DNA of 64,000 nucleotides, from contig CAWCOX010000008.1 of assembly GCA_963797235.1 (NCBI GenBank), positions 229,114-293,113 on the forward strand, in the 5' to 3' direction. The notes below the pieces were generated by a model. That model was given only the letters and a program-made list of their open reading frames with translations, ran no database searches and was not told where the DNA came from. Of this stretch, positions 49,453-59,319 are shown piece by piece; the first letter of the stretch is position 1, and the number at the start of each line of letters is the position of its first letter. Source of the stretch: an uncultured delta proteobacterium. GTDB lineage: Bacteria; Desulfobacterota; Desulfobaccia; Desulfobaccales; 0-14-0-80-60-11. Made by a program: the position numbers and the translations under genes.

Positions 49453-51255
49453 ATGAATGCCAATGGCTGGGCCCAATTAATCATATTCAGCGTCATCCTG
49501 CTGGCCCTCACCAAGCCCATGGGGCTCTACCTGGTGCGGGTGCTGGATGCCGAAGGCCGAACCTGGCTCGATCCGGCCTTGAAGCCGGTGGAGCGCCTGA
49601 TTTATCGTTTTGCCGGGATCGATCCGGCCAAAGAGCAGGATTGGAAAGGCTATGCCATTTCCGTGCTGATCTTCAGCCTGGTCACCCTGCTCTTGACCTA
49701 TCTGATCCTGCGGCTGCAATGCTTGCTGCCGCTGAATCCCCAGGGCTTCAGCGGAGTGGCCGGAGACCTGTCTTTCAATACCGCGGCCAGCTTCACCACC
49801 AATACCAACTGGCAGAACTACGGCGGCGAGTCCACCATGTCCTATCTGTCGCAGATGGTGGCCCTGGCGTCGCACAACTTCTTTTCGGCTGCGGCGGGCA
49901 TCGCCATCGCCGCGGCCCTGGTGCGGGGCATCGCCCGGGACAAGGCCGCCACCCTGGGGAATTTCTGGACCGATCTGATCCGGACCTGCCTCTACCTGCT
50001 GCTGCCCATCTGCCTGGTATTTGCGGTGTTTTTGGTCTCCCAGGGGATGATCCAAAATTTTAAATCCTACGACACCGCCAAGGTGGTGGAGCCGTTTACT
50101 ACTCAGGTCCCCAAGAAAGACGCTACCGGTAACCCGGTTAATGACGCCAAGGGCAACCCGGTGATGGAAGACAGCAAAGTCGAGACCCAGACGATCCCGC
50201 AGGGGCCCATGGCCTCCCAGGTGGCCATCAAGATGCTGGGCACCAACGGCGGCGGCTTCACCAACGCCAACGCGGCGCATCCCTTCGAAAACCCGACACC
50301 GCTGTCGAACTTCCTCCAGATGCTCTCCATCTTCCTGATTCCCGCCGGGTTGACCTATTACCTGGGCCGCATGGTCAGGAACCAGAAACACGGCTGGTCG
50401 GTGTGGGCCGCCATGTTTCTGCTTTTCCTGGTGGGGGTGCTGGTCTGCTGGGGGGCGGAATCTTGCGGCAACCCGCGGCTGGCCTCTTTGGGGGTTGACC
50501 CCGCCACCAGCGCCATGGAAGGCAAGGAAGTGCGCTTCGGCATCTTTAATTCCGCCCTCTTTGCCACGGTGACCACGGACGCCTCCTGCGGCGCGGTCAA
50601 CTCCATGCACGACTCCTTCACGCCCCTGGGCGGGCTGGTGCCCATGTTCAACATCCATCTGGGCGAGGTCATCTTCGGGGGCGTCGGCGCCGGCCTCTTC
50701 GGCATGCTGGTCTTCGTGGTGCTGGCCATCTTCCTGGCCGGCCTCATGGTGGGCCGCACCCCGGAATACCTGGGGAAAAAGATCGAATCCTTCGACGTCC
50801 AGGTGGCGGCCCTGGCCATCCTGGTGCCCATCGTCTTTCTGTTGGGTTTTACCGCCCTGGCCGCGGCCAGCGCCTGGGGCGTCAAGGCCCTGAATAACGC
50901 CGGGCCGCATGGCTTCAGCGAAATGCTCTACGCCTTTACTTCGTGTATCGGCAACAACGGCAGCGCCTTTGCGGGCCTGTCGGCCAATACCCCCTGGTAC
51001 AACCTGACCCTGGGGCTGGCCACCCTCATCGGCCGCTTCCTGCTCATCGTGCCGGTGCTGGCCCTGGCCGGCAGCCTGGTGGCCAAGAAAACCATTCCCA
51101 TGAGCGCCGGCAGTTTTCCGGTCTCCGGGGTCATGTTCACGCTCCTGCTCATCGGCACCGTCATCATCGTGGGGGCCCTGACTTTCTTCCCGGCCATCAG
51201 CCTCGGCCCCATCGTCGAGCACTTTTTGATGACCAATTCCGCCAAACTGTTCTAA
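49453..51255 (+). CDS. kdpA: K+-transporting ATPase subunit A
   Basis: [35 protein letters not shown]. Confidence 0.97.
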   Translation: MNANGWAQLIIFSVILLALTKPMGLYLVRVLDAEGRTWLDPALKPVERLIYRFAGIDPAKEQDWKGYAISVLIFSLVTLLLTYLILRLQCLLPLNPQGFSGVAGDLSFNTAASFTTNTNWQNYGGESTMSYLSQMVALASHNFFSAAAGIAIAAALVRGIARDKAATLGNFWTDLIRTCLYLLLPICLVFAVFLVSQGMIQNFKSYDTAKVVEPFTTQVPKKDATGNPVNDAKGNPVMEDSKVETQTIPQGPMASQVAIKMLGTNGGGFTNANAAHPFENPTPLSNFLQMLSIFLIPAGLTYYLGRMVRNQKHGWSVWAAMFLLFLVGVLVCWGAESCGNPRLASLGVDPATSAMEGKEVRFGIFNSALFATVTTDASCGAVNSMHDSFTPLGGLVPMFNIHLGEVIFGGVGAGLFGMLVFVVLAIFLAGLMVGRTPEYLGKKIESFDVQVAALAILVPIVFLLGFTALAAASAWGVKALNNAGPHGFSEMLYAFTSCIGNNGSAFAGLSANTPWYNLTLGLATLIGRFLLIVPVLALAGSLVAKKTIPMSAGSFPVSGVMFTLLLIGTVIIVGALTFFPAISLGPIVEHFLMTNSAKLF

Positions 51256-51265
51256 GGACTTAACC

Positions 51266-53296
51266 ATGGCTGCCAAAATAAAAGAACGTTCATTGTTTGA
51301 TAAGACGATCCTGATCCCGGCCATCTGGGATTCCTTTCGGAAGCTCGATCCCCGCCTGATGGTCCGTAATCCGGTGATGTTTGTGGCTATGGTGGGGGCG
51401 TTGGTCACCACGGCCAAACTCTTCTATACTCCTTTACACGGCGGCTCCTGGGGCTTCTTCCTGCAAATCGCCTTGTGGCTCTGGTTCACGGTGCTGTTCG
51501 CCAACTTCGCCGAGGCCATGGCCGAAGGCCGGGGCAAGGCCCAGGCGGCCACCCTGCGCAAGTCCCGCACCCAGACCATGGCGAATCGCCGCCTGCCCAA
51601 TGGGGTCCTGGAAGCCGTGCCGGCGGAGTCCCTGCGCAAGGGTGACATCTTCGTGGTCCTGGCCGGGGAGGCGATTCCGGCCGACGGCGAGATCATCGAA
51701 GGCGCCGCCACCGTGGACGAATCCGCCATCACCGGCGAATCGGCCCCGGTGATCCGCGAGGCCGGCGGCGACCGCAGCGCGGTCACCGGCGGCACCAAGG
51801 TGCTCTCCGACGAGATCGTGGTGCGGGTCACCGCCAACCCGGGGGAGAGCTTCATGGACCGGATGATCGCTCTCATTGAAGGCGCCAGCCGCCAGAAGAC
51901 CCCCAACGAAATCGCCCTGACCATCCTGCTGGCGGCCCTGACCATTATCTTTTTAGTGGTCATCGTCACCCTGAAACCCTTTGGCGCTTACGCCCAGGTG
52001 GACTTCTCCGTGCCGGTGCTGGCCGCCCTGCTGGTCTGCCTGATCCCCACCACCATCGGCGGCCTGCTGAGCGCCATCGGCATTGCCGGCATCGACCGGC
52101 TGGTGCAGCATAACGTCCTGGCCATGAGCGGCCGGGCCGCTGAGGCCGCCGGCGACGTGGACGTGCTGCTGCTGGACAAGACCGGCACCATCACCCTGGG
52201 CAACCGCCAGGCGGTGGAGTTCTTCCCGGCCCCGGGCATCGACGTGAAGGAATTGGCCAACGTGGCCCAACTCGCCTCCCTGGCCGACGAAACCCCGGAG
52301 GGCCGCAGCATCGTGGTGCTGGCCAAGGAATACGGCTTGCGGGGGCGGGACTTGCACGAATACCCTAACGCCCGGTTTGTGCCCTTCTCCGCCAAGACCC
52401 GGATGAGCGGCGTCGACCACAACGGCGACCAGTTCCGCAAGGGCGCTGCGGATGCCGTCCAGGAGTTCGTGGGCACGCCGATGCCTCCGGAAGTGGACGC
52501 CGAAATCCAGCGCATCGGCTTTCTGGGCGGCACCCCCTTGGTGGTGGCCAGCGCCGAGAAGATTTACGGAGTGGTCTATCTCAAGGACATCGTCAAGGGC
52601 GGCCTGCCGGACCGTTTCCAGCGTTTCCGGGCCATGGGGATCACCACCATCATGATCACCGGCGACAACCCCCTGACTGCCGCGGCCATCGCCAAAGAGG
52701 CCGGGGTGGATGACTTTCTGGCCCAGGCCAAGCCGGAAGACAAACTGGCCCTGATCCGCCGCCAGCAGGCGGCCGGACACCTGGTGGCCATGACCGGCGA
52801 CGGCACCAACGACGCCCCGGCCCTGGCCCAGGCCGACGTCGGCGTGGCCATGAATACCGGCACCCAGGCGGCCAAAGAGGCCGGCAACATGGTGGACCTG
52901 GATTCCAATCCGACCAAGCTCATTGAGGTGGTGGAGATCGGCAAGCAACTGCTCATGACCCGGGGCGCCCTGACCACCTTCAGCGTCGCCAACGATGTGG
53001 CCAAATACTTCGCCATCATCCCGGCCATGCTCATGGCGACCTTCCCGCAAATCGCCCCCTTCAACGTCATGAAGCTGGCCTCGCCGGAGAGCGCCATCCT
53101 CAGCGCCGTGATCTTCAACGCCCTGGTCATCATTGCCCTGATTCCCCTGGCGCTGAAAGGCATCAAATTCCGGCCGCTGGGGGCCGCGGCAGTGCTGCGG
53201 CGCAATTTGCTGATCTATGGCCTGGGCGGCGTCATCGTGCCGTTCATCGGCATCAAGCTCATCGACCTGATCGTCGCGGCCCTGCACCTGGCTTAA
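51266..53296 (+). CDS. kdpB: K+-transporting ATPase subunit B
   Basis: [28 protein letters not shown]. Confidence 0.97.
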   Translation: MAAKIKERSLFDKTILIPAIWDSFRKLDPRLMVRNPVMFVAMVGALVTTAKLFYTPLHGGSWGFFLQIALWLWFTVLFANFAEAMAEGRGKAQAATLRKSRTQTMANRRLPNGVLEAVPAESLRKGDIFVVLAGEAIPADGEIIEGAATVDESAITGESAPVIREAGGDRSAVTGGTKVLSDEIVVRVTANPGESFMDRMIALIEGASRQKTPNEIALTILLAALTIIFLVVIVTLKPFGAYAQVDFSVPVLAALLVCLIPTTIGGLLSAIGIAGIDRLVQHNVLAMSGRAAEAAGDVDVLLLDKTGTITLGNRQAVEFFPAPGIDVKELANVAQLASLADETPEGRSIVVLAKEYGLRGRDLHEYPNARFVPFSAKTRMSGVDHNGDQFRKGAADAVQEFVGTPMPPEVDAEIQRIGFLGGTPLVVASAEKIYGVVYLKDIVKGGLPDRFQRFRAMGITTIMITGDNPLTAAAIAKEAGVDDFLAQAKPEDKLALIRRQQAAGHLVAMTGDGTNDAPALAQADVGVAMNTGTQAAKEAGNMVDLDSNPTKLIEVVEIGKQLLMTRGALTTFSVANDVAKYFAIIPAMLMATFPQIAPFNVMKLASPESAILSAVIFNALVIIALIPLALKGIKFRPLGAAAVLRRNLLIYGLGGVIVPFIGIKLIDLIVAALHLA

Positions 53297-53309
53297 AAGA
53301 GAGAAAAAC

Positions 53310-53906
53310 ATGAAGATCCAAGAACTGTTAAAGGAAATCAAGCTGGCGGCCCTGGCCACGCTGGGTTTGCTCGTCATCTTATGCGGCCTCTATCCGCTGG
53401 TGGTCTGGGGCATCGCCCAGGTGGCCTTTCCCGGCCAGGCCAACGGCTCCCTGGTCAAGGTTAAAGGGCGGATCGTCGGCAGCGCCCTGCTGGCCCAGAA
53501 CTTCAGCGGGGCCGCGTACTTCCACCCGCGGCCTTCGGCGGCGGGCGACACCGGCTTCGACGGGACCAGCTCCGGCGGCAGCAACCTGGGGCCCCTGTCC
53601 CAGAAGCTCAGCGATCAGGTGAAGGAGCGGGTGGAGAAATATCGCACCGAGAATAATCTGCCGGCCGGGACCCTGGTGCCCGCGGACGCGGTCACCGCCT
53701 CGGGCAGCGGCCTGGACCCGCAGATCAGCCGGCAAAATGCCGCGCTCCAGGCCGTCAGGGTGGCCCAGGCCAGAAAGCTGAGCGCCAATCAGGTGAAGAA
53801 CCTCATGGAACAATATACCGAAGGTCCTGACCTGGGCTTTCTGGGAGAGCCCGGGGTCAATGTGCTGCGGCTCAATCTGGCATTGGATGCTTTGGCGGAG
53901 AAGTAG
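53310..53906 (+). CDS. kdpC: K+-transporting ATPase subunit C
   Basis: YFHPRPSA, SGGSNLGP, VTASGSGLDP, VNVLRLNLAL. Confidence 0.96.
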   Translation: MKIQELLKEIKLAALATLGLLVILCGLYPLVVWGIAQVAFPGQANGSLVKVKGRIVGSALLAQNFSGAAYFHPRPSAAGDTGFDGTSSGGSNLGPLSQKLSDQVKERVEKYRTENNLPAGTLVPADAVTASGSGLDPQISRQNAALQAVRVAQARKLSANQVKNLMEQYTEGPDLGFLGEPGVNVLRLNLALDALAEK

Positions 53907-54049
53907 GGGCGCAGCTTGCTGTGCCCTGATAACTTTTGCTATGAAGCCGGCAGTGGAGAGTTGTTTGGACCCAGCCATGCCCTCATAGCTAATTAATTCA
54001 TGGCATTACAAGCTTCCCTGAGGGAGGTTACGGACGGTCGACGAAGCCA

Positions 54050-54089
54050 CCCCTCACCCTAACCCTCTCCCCTCGAAGGGGAGAGGGGA
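54050..54089. repeat. Palindromic repeat family C
   Basis: CCCCTCACCCTAACCCTCTCCCCTCGAAGGGGAGAGGGG. Confidence 0.75.
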
Positions 54090-54194
54090 TTTGGTTTTAT
54101 CGGTATAATATGTTGATTTATTTCAGATAATTATGGTCTAAAGCTCAATCGCAAGATAGAGTAAAAACTAAAAACTCGAAACCCGAAACTACTC

Positions 54195-55346
54195 ATGGCC
54201 GATGACAAAGCCCTCAGCTTCCTCCGCCTGATTCGCCGCTCCCAGCGGGGCAAGCTCAAGGTCTATCTGGGGTATGGGGCCGGGGTCGGCAAGACCTGGC
54301 AGATGCTCCAGGAGGGCCACCGCCTGAAAAGGGAAGGCGTCGATATCGTCGTGGGGCTGGTGGAGACCCATGGGCGCAAAGAGACGGCCGAACTCATCGC
54401 CGGGTTGGAGGTCATCCCCCGGCGCCAGGTGCAGTACCGCGGCATCGTCCTCGAAGAGATGGACATGGAGGCGGTCCTGGCCCGGCGGCCCGAGGTCGCC
54501 CTGGTGGACGAACTGGCCCACACCAACGTCCCGGGCAGCAAGAACGCCAAGCGCTATCAGGACGTGGAGGACCTACTGGTGGCGGGCATCCACGTCATCA
54601 GCACCCTCAACATCCAGCATCTCGAAAGCCTCTATGATATTGTGGAAGCCCACATCGGCGTAAAAGTCCACGAGCGCCTGCCCGATTCCGTGTTGGCCGA
54701 GGCCGACGAGATCGTCAACGTCGACGTGGCCCCGGAAGACCTGCTGCAGCGCCTGCGGGAGGGCAAGATCTACCCCATGGAAAGGATTGGCGTGGCCCTG
54801 GAGAATTTCTTTCGGCGGGGCAACCTGGACCAGTTACGGGAATTGACCCTGCGCGAACTGGCCTCGCAGATCGACCTGAAACGGCGCGCCGCGCCGGAGT
54901 CCGAGCATGACGTCGCCCCCGACCAGGTGATGGTCTGTCTCAGTTCCCGGGGTCCCAATACCGCCGCCCTGCTGCGCTATGCCTCGCGGCTGGCCGGCCG
55001 CCTCAACACCAACTGGTACGCGGTCTATGTCCAGACCCCCCGGGAGGAGCCCACCGCCATCGACGCCGCCGTCCAGCGGCAGCTTTCCGATACCCTGACC
55101 TTGGCCAAGCAACTGGGCGCCCAGGTCTTTCCCTATAAAGGGGAAGATATCGTGGAGACGATCCTGCGTTTTGCCCGGGAATACCGGGTCGGCCATATCA
55201 TCATCGGCAAGCCCGGGCCGCTGCCTTTCTATCAACGCTGGCTGGGTCGCAAGACCCTGGCGGAGCGACTGATCCTCCAGGCCCAAGGGGTGCACATTGT
55301 CGTGGTGGATACCGAAGTGAAGCCCGAAAGCGACCTCTATCCTTAA
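54195..55346 (+). CDS. kdpD: Stand-alone KdpD N-terminal domain plus Usp (soluble, no kinase)
   Basis: GKLKVYLGYGAGVGKT, ETHGR, VDELAHTN, STLNIQHLESL, LRELTLR, Usp domain; no TM or H-box. Confidence 0.85.
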   Translation: MADDKALSFLRLIRRSQRGKLKVYLGYGAGVGKTWQMLQEGHRLKREGVDIVVGLVETHGRKETAELIAGLEVIPRRQVQYRGIVLEEMDMEAVLARRPEVALVDELAHTNVPGSKNAKRYQDVEDLLVAGIHVISTLNIQHLESLYDIVEAHIGVKVHERLPDSVLAEADEIVNVDVAPEDLLQRLREGKIYPMERIGVALENFFRRGNLDQLRELTLRELASQIDLKRRAAPESEHDVAPDQVMVCLSSRGPNTAALLRYASRLAGRLNTNWYAVYVQTPREEPTAIDAAVQRQLSDTLTLAKQLGAQVFPYKGEDIVETILRFAREYRVGHIIIGKPGPLPFYQRWLGRKTLAERLILQAQGVHIVVVDTEVKPESDLYP

Positions 55347-55519
55347 AGGTTTCGAGTTTTGAGTTCCGAGAACCGTCCCACCGTTGAACATGGGACGCGT
55401 CGGGCGCGAGGCCCAGACCTCAGGCCAGTCGGCCAGCCCCCGGTTGGGTAAGGGAATCTGTAGCCGAAAGCCTCAGCTTGTGCTAAAATCCGCTGGCAAG
55501 TCGGTAAACTTAGGAGGAT

Positions 55520-55933
55520 ATGATGATAAGCCGGCAGATAAAGAGACTTAACGCGGCAATCCTGTTACTCTTGCTCCCCGTCATGCTGAATGCCTGCGCC
55601 GGGCATGAGACCATGCAAACTAAGGTGGTTAACGAATATCTCCTGACCAGCGCGGGGTTCGGGAAGTTGGACGTGAATGCCACCACTCCGAATAGACAGG
55701 CGTTATGGGATGCCACCGTCAAGAACCAATTTGTGACCTATTATGTGGATGGCGTTAAACATTACGTTTATGCGGATAATACTTCCAATGCCCTATACAT
55801 TGGAGACGAGGCCGCTTACCAAAAGTTCCTCTCCAAGTCGAGTGATAAGAAGCTCTGCCAAAGCCTGGACGCCTCGGACTCGTCGGCCTTCTGGTCTTGT
55901 TATCAGGAGTTCCAAAAGGGCGGCAAGCCCTAG
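55520..55933 (+). CDS. Hypothetical lipoprotein
   Basis: AGGAGG RBS, lipobox LNAC, two further Cys. Confidence 0.7.
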   Translation: MMISRQIKRLNAAILLLLLPVMLNACAGHETMQTKVVNEYLLTSAGFGKLDVNATTPNRQALWDATVKNQFVTYYVDGVKHYVYADNTSNALYIGDEAAYQKFLSKSSDKKLCQSLDASDSSAFWSCYQEFQKGGKP

Positions 55934-55934
55934 A

Positions 55935-56897
55935 TCATTCCCCCCATTCGGCGCAGGGACTGTACTTCTGGATGTCGAGGAGGTAATGGTAGGCGGAGAG
56001 GGCCGCCCTGACCGCGTCCCCGGCCGAGATGTTATTCTGTTTGAACGGGTCGTTGGTGACGTCACCCGCGGCAAAGATGCCCCACTTGGAGGTCTTGGCC
56101 GTGCGCTGATCCACCAGGATCTCCCCGGCGTGGTTGGTATCGACCAGCGACACGATAAAATCCGAGTTGGGCGACGAGCCGATCTCCACGAACACGCCGT
56201 TTACCGGCAACTCTTTGACTTCCCCGGTCTTCAGGTCGCGGTAACGCAAACCGGTGAGGCGCTCATCTCCCAGGATTTCCTGGACCTCCACATTTTTAAG
56301 GAGGTTTAACTCGGGAATCGCCGCCACCTTCTCCTGGACGACCGGATCGCCCTTCAGTTTTTCCCCGTGGATGAGCAGGTAGATGGTTTTGGCATAGGGG
56401 ACCAAATCGATCACCGTCTCCAGGGCGCTATTGCCGCCGCCCACCACGGCCACGTCCAGGCCGTCGAAAAAGGGGGCGTCGCAGGTGGAACAGAAGGCGA
56501 CTCCCCGGCCCTGGAAGCGGTCTTCTCCAGGAACATTGAGACGCTTGCGGCGGCCCCCGGAGGCCACGATCACCGTCTTGGCGCGGTATTTGCCGCCCCG
56601 GTCGGAACTCACCTCAAAGAGGCAGTCGGCCCCTTCCCGCACCCCCGTGACCCGTTCGGACAATCTGATCTCCACGTCCGGTTGGGCCCGCACGTGTTTT
56701 TCCAGTTTTTCAGCCAAATCCCGGCCGCTGATGGAGATTTCCCCGATCCAGTTTTCAATGCTGGCGGAAGCCAGGGATTGGCCGCCGAAGTCCTCGGCGA
56801 TGAGCATGGTCTTCAGCTTCTTGCGGGCGGCATAGACGGCCGCGGCCGCACCGGCCGGCCCGCCGCCGATGATGATGGTGTCATAGGGCTCAGTCAT
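55935..56897 (-). CDS. Thioredoxin reductase/AhpF C-terminal-like FAD oxidoreductase
   Basis: IIGGGPAG, AFCSTCDAP, VVGGGNSA, IFAAGDVT. Confidence 0.9.
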   Translation of the reverse strand: MTEPYDTIIIGGGPAGAAAAVYAARKKLKTMLIAEDFGGQSLASASIENWIGEISISGRDLAEKLEKHVRAQPDVEIRLSERVTGVREGADCLFEVSSDRGGKYRAKTVIVASGGRRKRLNVPGEDRFQGRGVAFCSTCDAPFFDGLDVAVVGGGNSALETVIDLVPYAKTIYLLIHGEKLKGDPVVQEKVAAIPELNLLKNVEVQEILGDERLTGLRYRDLKTGEVKELPVNGVFVEIGSSPNSDFIVSLVDTNHAGEILVDQRTAKTSKWGIFAAGDVTNDPFKQNNISAGDAVRAALSAYHYLLDIQKYSPCAEWGE

Positions 56898-57003
56898 GGG
56901 TCTTCCTCCCAGGGTGCCAGGGTACCTAAAAAGTAAGGCCTCGACGACAAAAGCCAAGGCCTGATCCGGCGAAATTATTCAACAGGGCACTCCTAGAGCA
57001 GAT

Positions 57004-58050
57004 TCAGTCTGGTTCTTTCTCTATGTCCGGGCTTACCAGGCGATGCTCTTCGTACATCTTCAGGTGTTTCTGCAAGATATCCGGAATGGGCAGGCTGTAG
57101 GGACAGCGGGTGGCGCACTCCCAGCACCCTTCGCAGAGGCGCACCGACTCCATGGCCTTGACGGCGAAGGCCGCGGCCTTGACCGGCCCCATGCGATGGG
57201 CGACGATGCCGTAGAGCATGGCCGGCGTGACCATTACCCCCTGGGGACAGGGCTGGCAGTACTCGCAGCGCCGGCAAAATTGCTCGCCCAACTCTTCCCG
57301 GTAACGCGCCATGGCGGCCAGGTCTTCAGGGGTGACGACGTTTTCGGTCTCATAAAGGTCCGCCACCTCATCCACCCGGGCCTCCGAATCCCAGCCGGCC
57401 AGCGGAATGACCTCCGGAAACTGCCGCAGGAAGGCAAAGGCCACCCGGGCATTCTCCACCAAGCCGCCGCAGAAGGGCTTCATGGCCAGCACCCCCAGCC
57501 CCCGCTCCCGGGCCAGGGGATGGAGCTGCTCGGCGGCCGCCTCCTCCACGAAGTTGAAGGGGAACTGGATGGTACTGAACAGGCCGGTCTGCACCAGCCT
57601 GACGGCCATTTCCAGGCTATGCGAGGTCACCCCCAGATGCCGGATCAGACCTTGCTTCTGGGCCGCGACCACCGTCTCCAGCGCCCCATTGGGGCCAATA
57701 ATCGTCTGAAAATCCGTCTCCTGGGAGACCATGTGCAGTTGATAGAGGTCGAGGTAATCGGTGCGCAAGCGGCGCAGGCTGAGTTCCAGGTCTTCCCGGG
57801 CGCCCTGGCGGTCCCGCTTCGAGGTCTTGGAGGCCAGGACCACCCGCGAGCGCAGGCCATCGAAGGCCTGGCCGATCTTTTCTTCGCTGTCCACGTACAT
57901 ATGAGCGGTATCGTAAAAGATCACGCCCCGATCCAGGGCCCGGCGCAGCACCGCCACGGCCTCGTCCAAAGAGAGGCGAATAATGGGGATGGCGCCGAAC
58001 CCCACTTCGGAGACCATCAGCCCGGTTTTCCCCAAGACTCGATAGCGCAT
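57004..58050 (-). CDS. Aldo/keto reductase with C-terminal 4Fe-4S domain
   Basis: LGKTGLMVSEVGFG, YDTAHMY, SLRRLRTDYLDL, CRRCEYCQPCP, CEGCWECATRCP. Confidence 0.9.
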   Translation of the reverse strand: MRYRVLGKTGLMVSEVGFGAIPIIRLSLDEAVAVLRRALDRGVIFYDTAHMYVDSEEKIGQAFDGLRSRVVLASKTSKRDRQGAREDLELSLRRLRTDYLDLYQLHMVSQETDFQTIIGPNGALETVVAAQKQGLIRHLGVTSHSLEMAVRLVQTGLFSTIQFPFNFVEEAAAEQLHPLARERGLGVLAMKPFCGGLVENARVAFAFLRQFPEVIPLAGWDSEARVDEVADLYETENVVTPEDLAAMARYREELGEQFCRRCEYCQPCPQGVMVTPAMLYGIVAHRMGPVKAAAFAVKAMESVRLCEGCWECATRCPYSLPIPDILQKHLKMYEEHRLVSPDIEKEPD

Positions 58051-58330
58051 GGCAACTCCCGTTCTGAAAAATGGACCTCACGCCAAGGCGCAAAGACGCA
58101 AAGGAAAGGCACAAAAATAGTATAGGAGACGGCGGGCGGGGACGCCTGCCCCACCGGGGACGCCCGCCCCACCGATACAAGATAATGATTTTTCTTTAAA
58201 TTACCACAATGGGTCGGGCGGGGCGAGTATTTAGGCGACCACCAACCTTTGAGAACAGACCGGCTTTGCACTTTGGCGAGAGGGCGGTTACAATTTCAGC
58301 ATCTCTCGGCCTCAGGAGGCGGGCGGCATA

Positions 58331-59080
58331 ATGGTTGATAAACCCACCAAGGTATCGCTCTATCAGCAGGAAGAACAGGAAGCGCTCTCGCTGGAAAGTA
58401 AATTCCATTTCCATTGTCATGCCGGACTGGCCTGTTTCAACCAGTGTTGCCGCACCCCCACCATCGTCCTGAGCCCGTATGACCTGCTGCGTCTGAAGCA
58501 GGCCCTGGGCCTCTCCTCCGGGGAGATCCTGGCGCGCTACACCATTAAGGGAAAGGAAGAAGCCTCGAATCTGCCCCTGGTCTTGGTCGACGCCTACCGC
58601 TCCCCGGGCAGCGGTTGTCCCTTCCTGAGTCCGGAAGGCTGCACGGTTTATCTCCACCGGCCGGCAGCCTGCCGCCTGTTCCCCATTACCATGGGCAGCC
58701 AACTGACGGAGCACGGCATCATGGACCATTACTTTTGCCGCCGGCTGGATTATTGTCGGGGATTCGCCACGGACCTGGAGTGGACGGTGGCCTCCTGGCA
58801 GGCCGATCAGGGATTTGCCGAGTTTGACCAGGGGCGCCGGGAGTGGCTGGAAATCTTGCTGCAAACCGGGCTTCAGGGTCCGGTGGCGGCCAGGGTCCAT
58901 GACCTGGCGGCCATCGTGGCCTACGACCTGGACCAATTTCGCCAGATGATCGCGACCTCCGGTTTGCCCACCGCCCGGGGGTTGGCGGAGCAGCCGCCGG
59001 CAGAACTGCTGACGGATGACCTGGCCCTGCTTAAATTCAGCTACCGCTATCTGAAAGCACTCCTGAACGCCGCCCCCTGA
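58331..59080 (+). CDS. YkgJ-family cysteine-cluster protein
   Basis: FHCHAGLACFNQCC, GCPFL, GCTVYLHRPAACRLFP, CRG. Confidence 0.85.
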   Translation: MVDKPTKVSLYQQEEQEALSLESKFHFHCHAGLACFNQCCRTPTIVLSPYDLLRLKQALGLSSGEILARYTIKGKEEASNLPLVLVDAYRSPGSGCPFLSPEGCTVYLHRPAACRLFPITMGSQLTEHGIMDHYFCRRLDYCRGFATDLEWTVASWQADQGFAEFDQGRREWLEILLQTGLQGPVAARVHDLAAIVAYDLDQFRQMIATSGLPTARGLAEQPPAELLTDDLALLKFSYRYLKALLNAAP

Positions 59081-59319
59081 AGCGAGATGCATTTCCGGCT
59101 CAGGGCTGCCCCCGCCCGCGAAAAAGCTGAACCTTACCTATAACTCAGAATCCGGCTGAACTCCTGCTGGCCCAGGCTTTCCAGCCTGGGCGGGGTTTCC
59201 GGCACAGCCTGGAAAGGCTGTGCTACCGATTAGAAATACTTGTGGTTAATGACGAGCTAGAAGGAAGGGCAGGAACCAGCGGCCCCTGCCCCTCAACCTC
59301 CTTCAACACCTCGATTAGT

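Noticed and set aside
49477-53377. Long antisense ORFs (646 aa, 474 aa) and similar ones opposite dnaE, polA and the TPR gene
   Set aside because: Shadow frames typical of high-GC3 genes; no recognisable motifs
55935-55960. Selenocysteine readthrough at the TrxB-like TGA
   Set aside because: The protein is already complete, the TGA is not in a redox motif, and readthrough would run into the convergent gene
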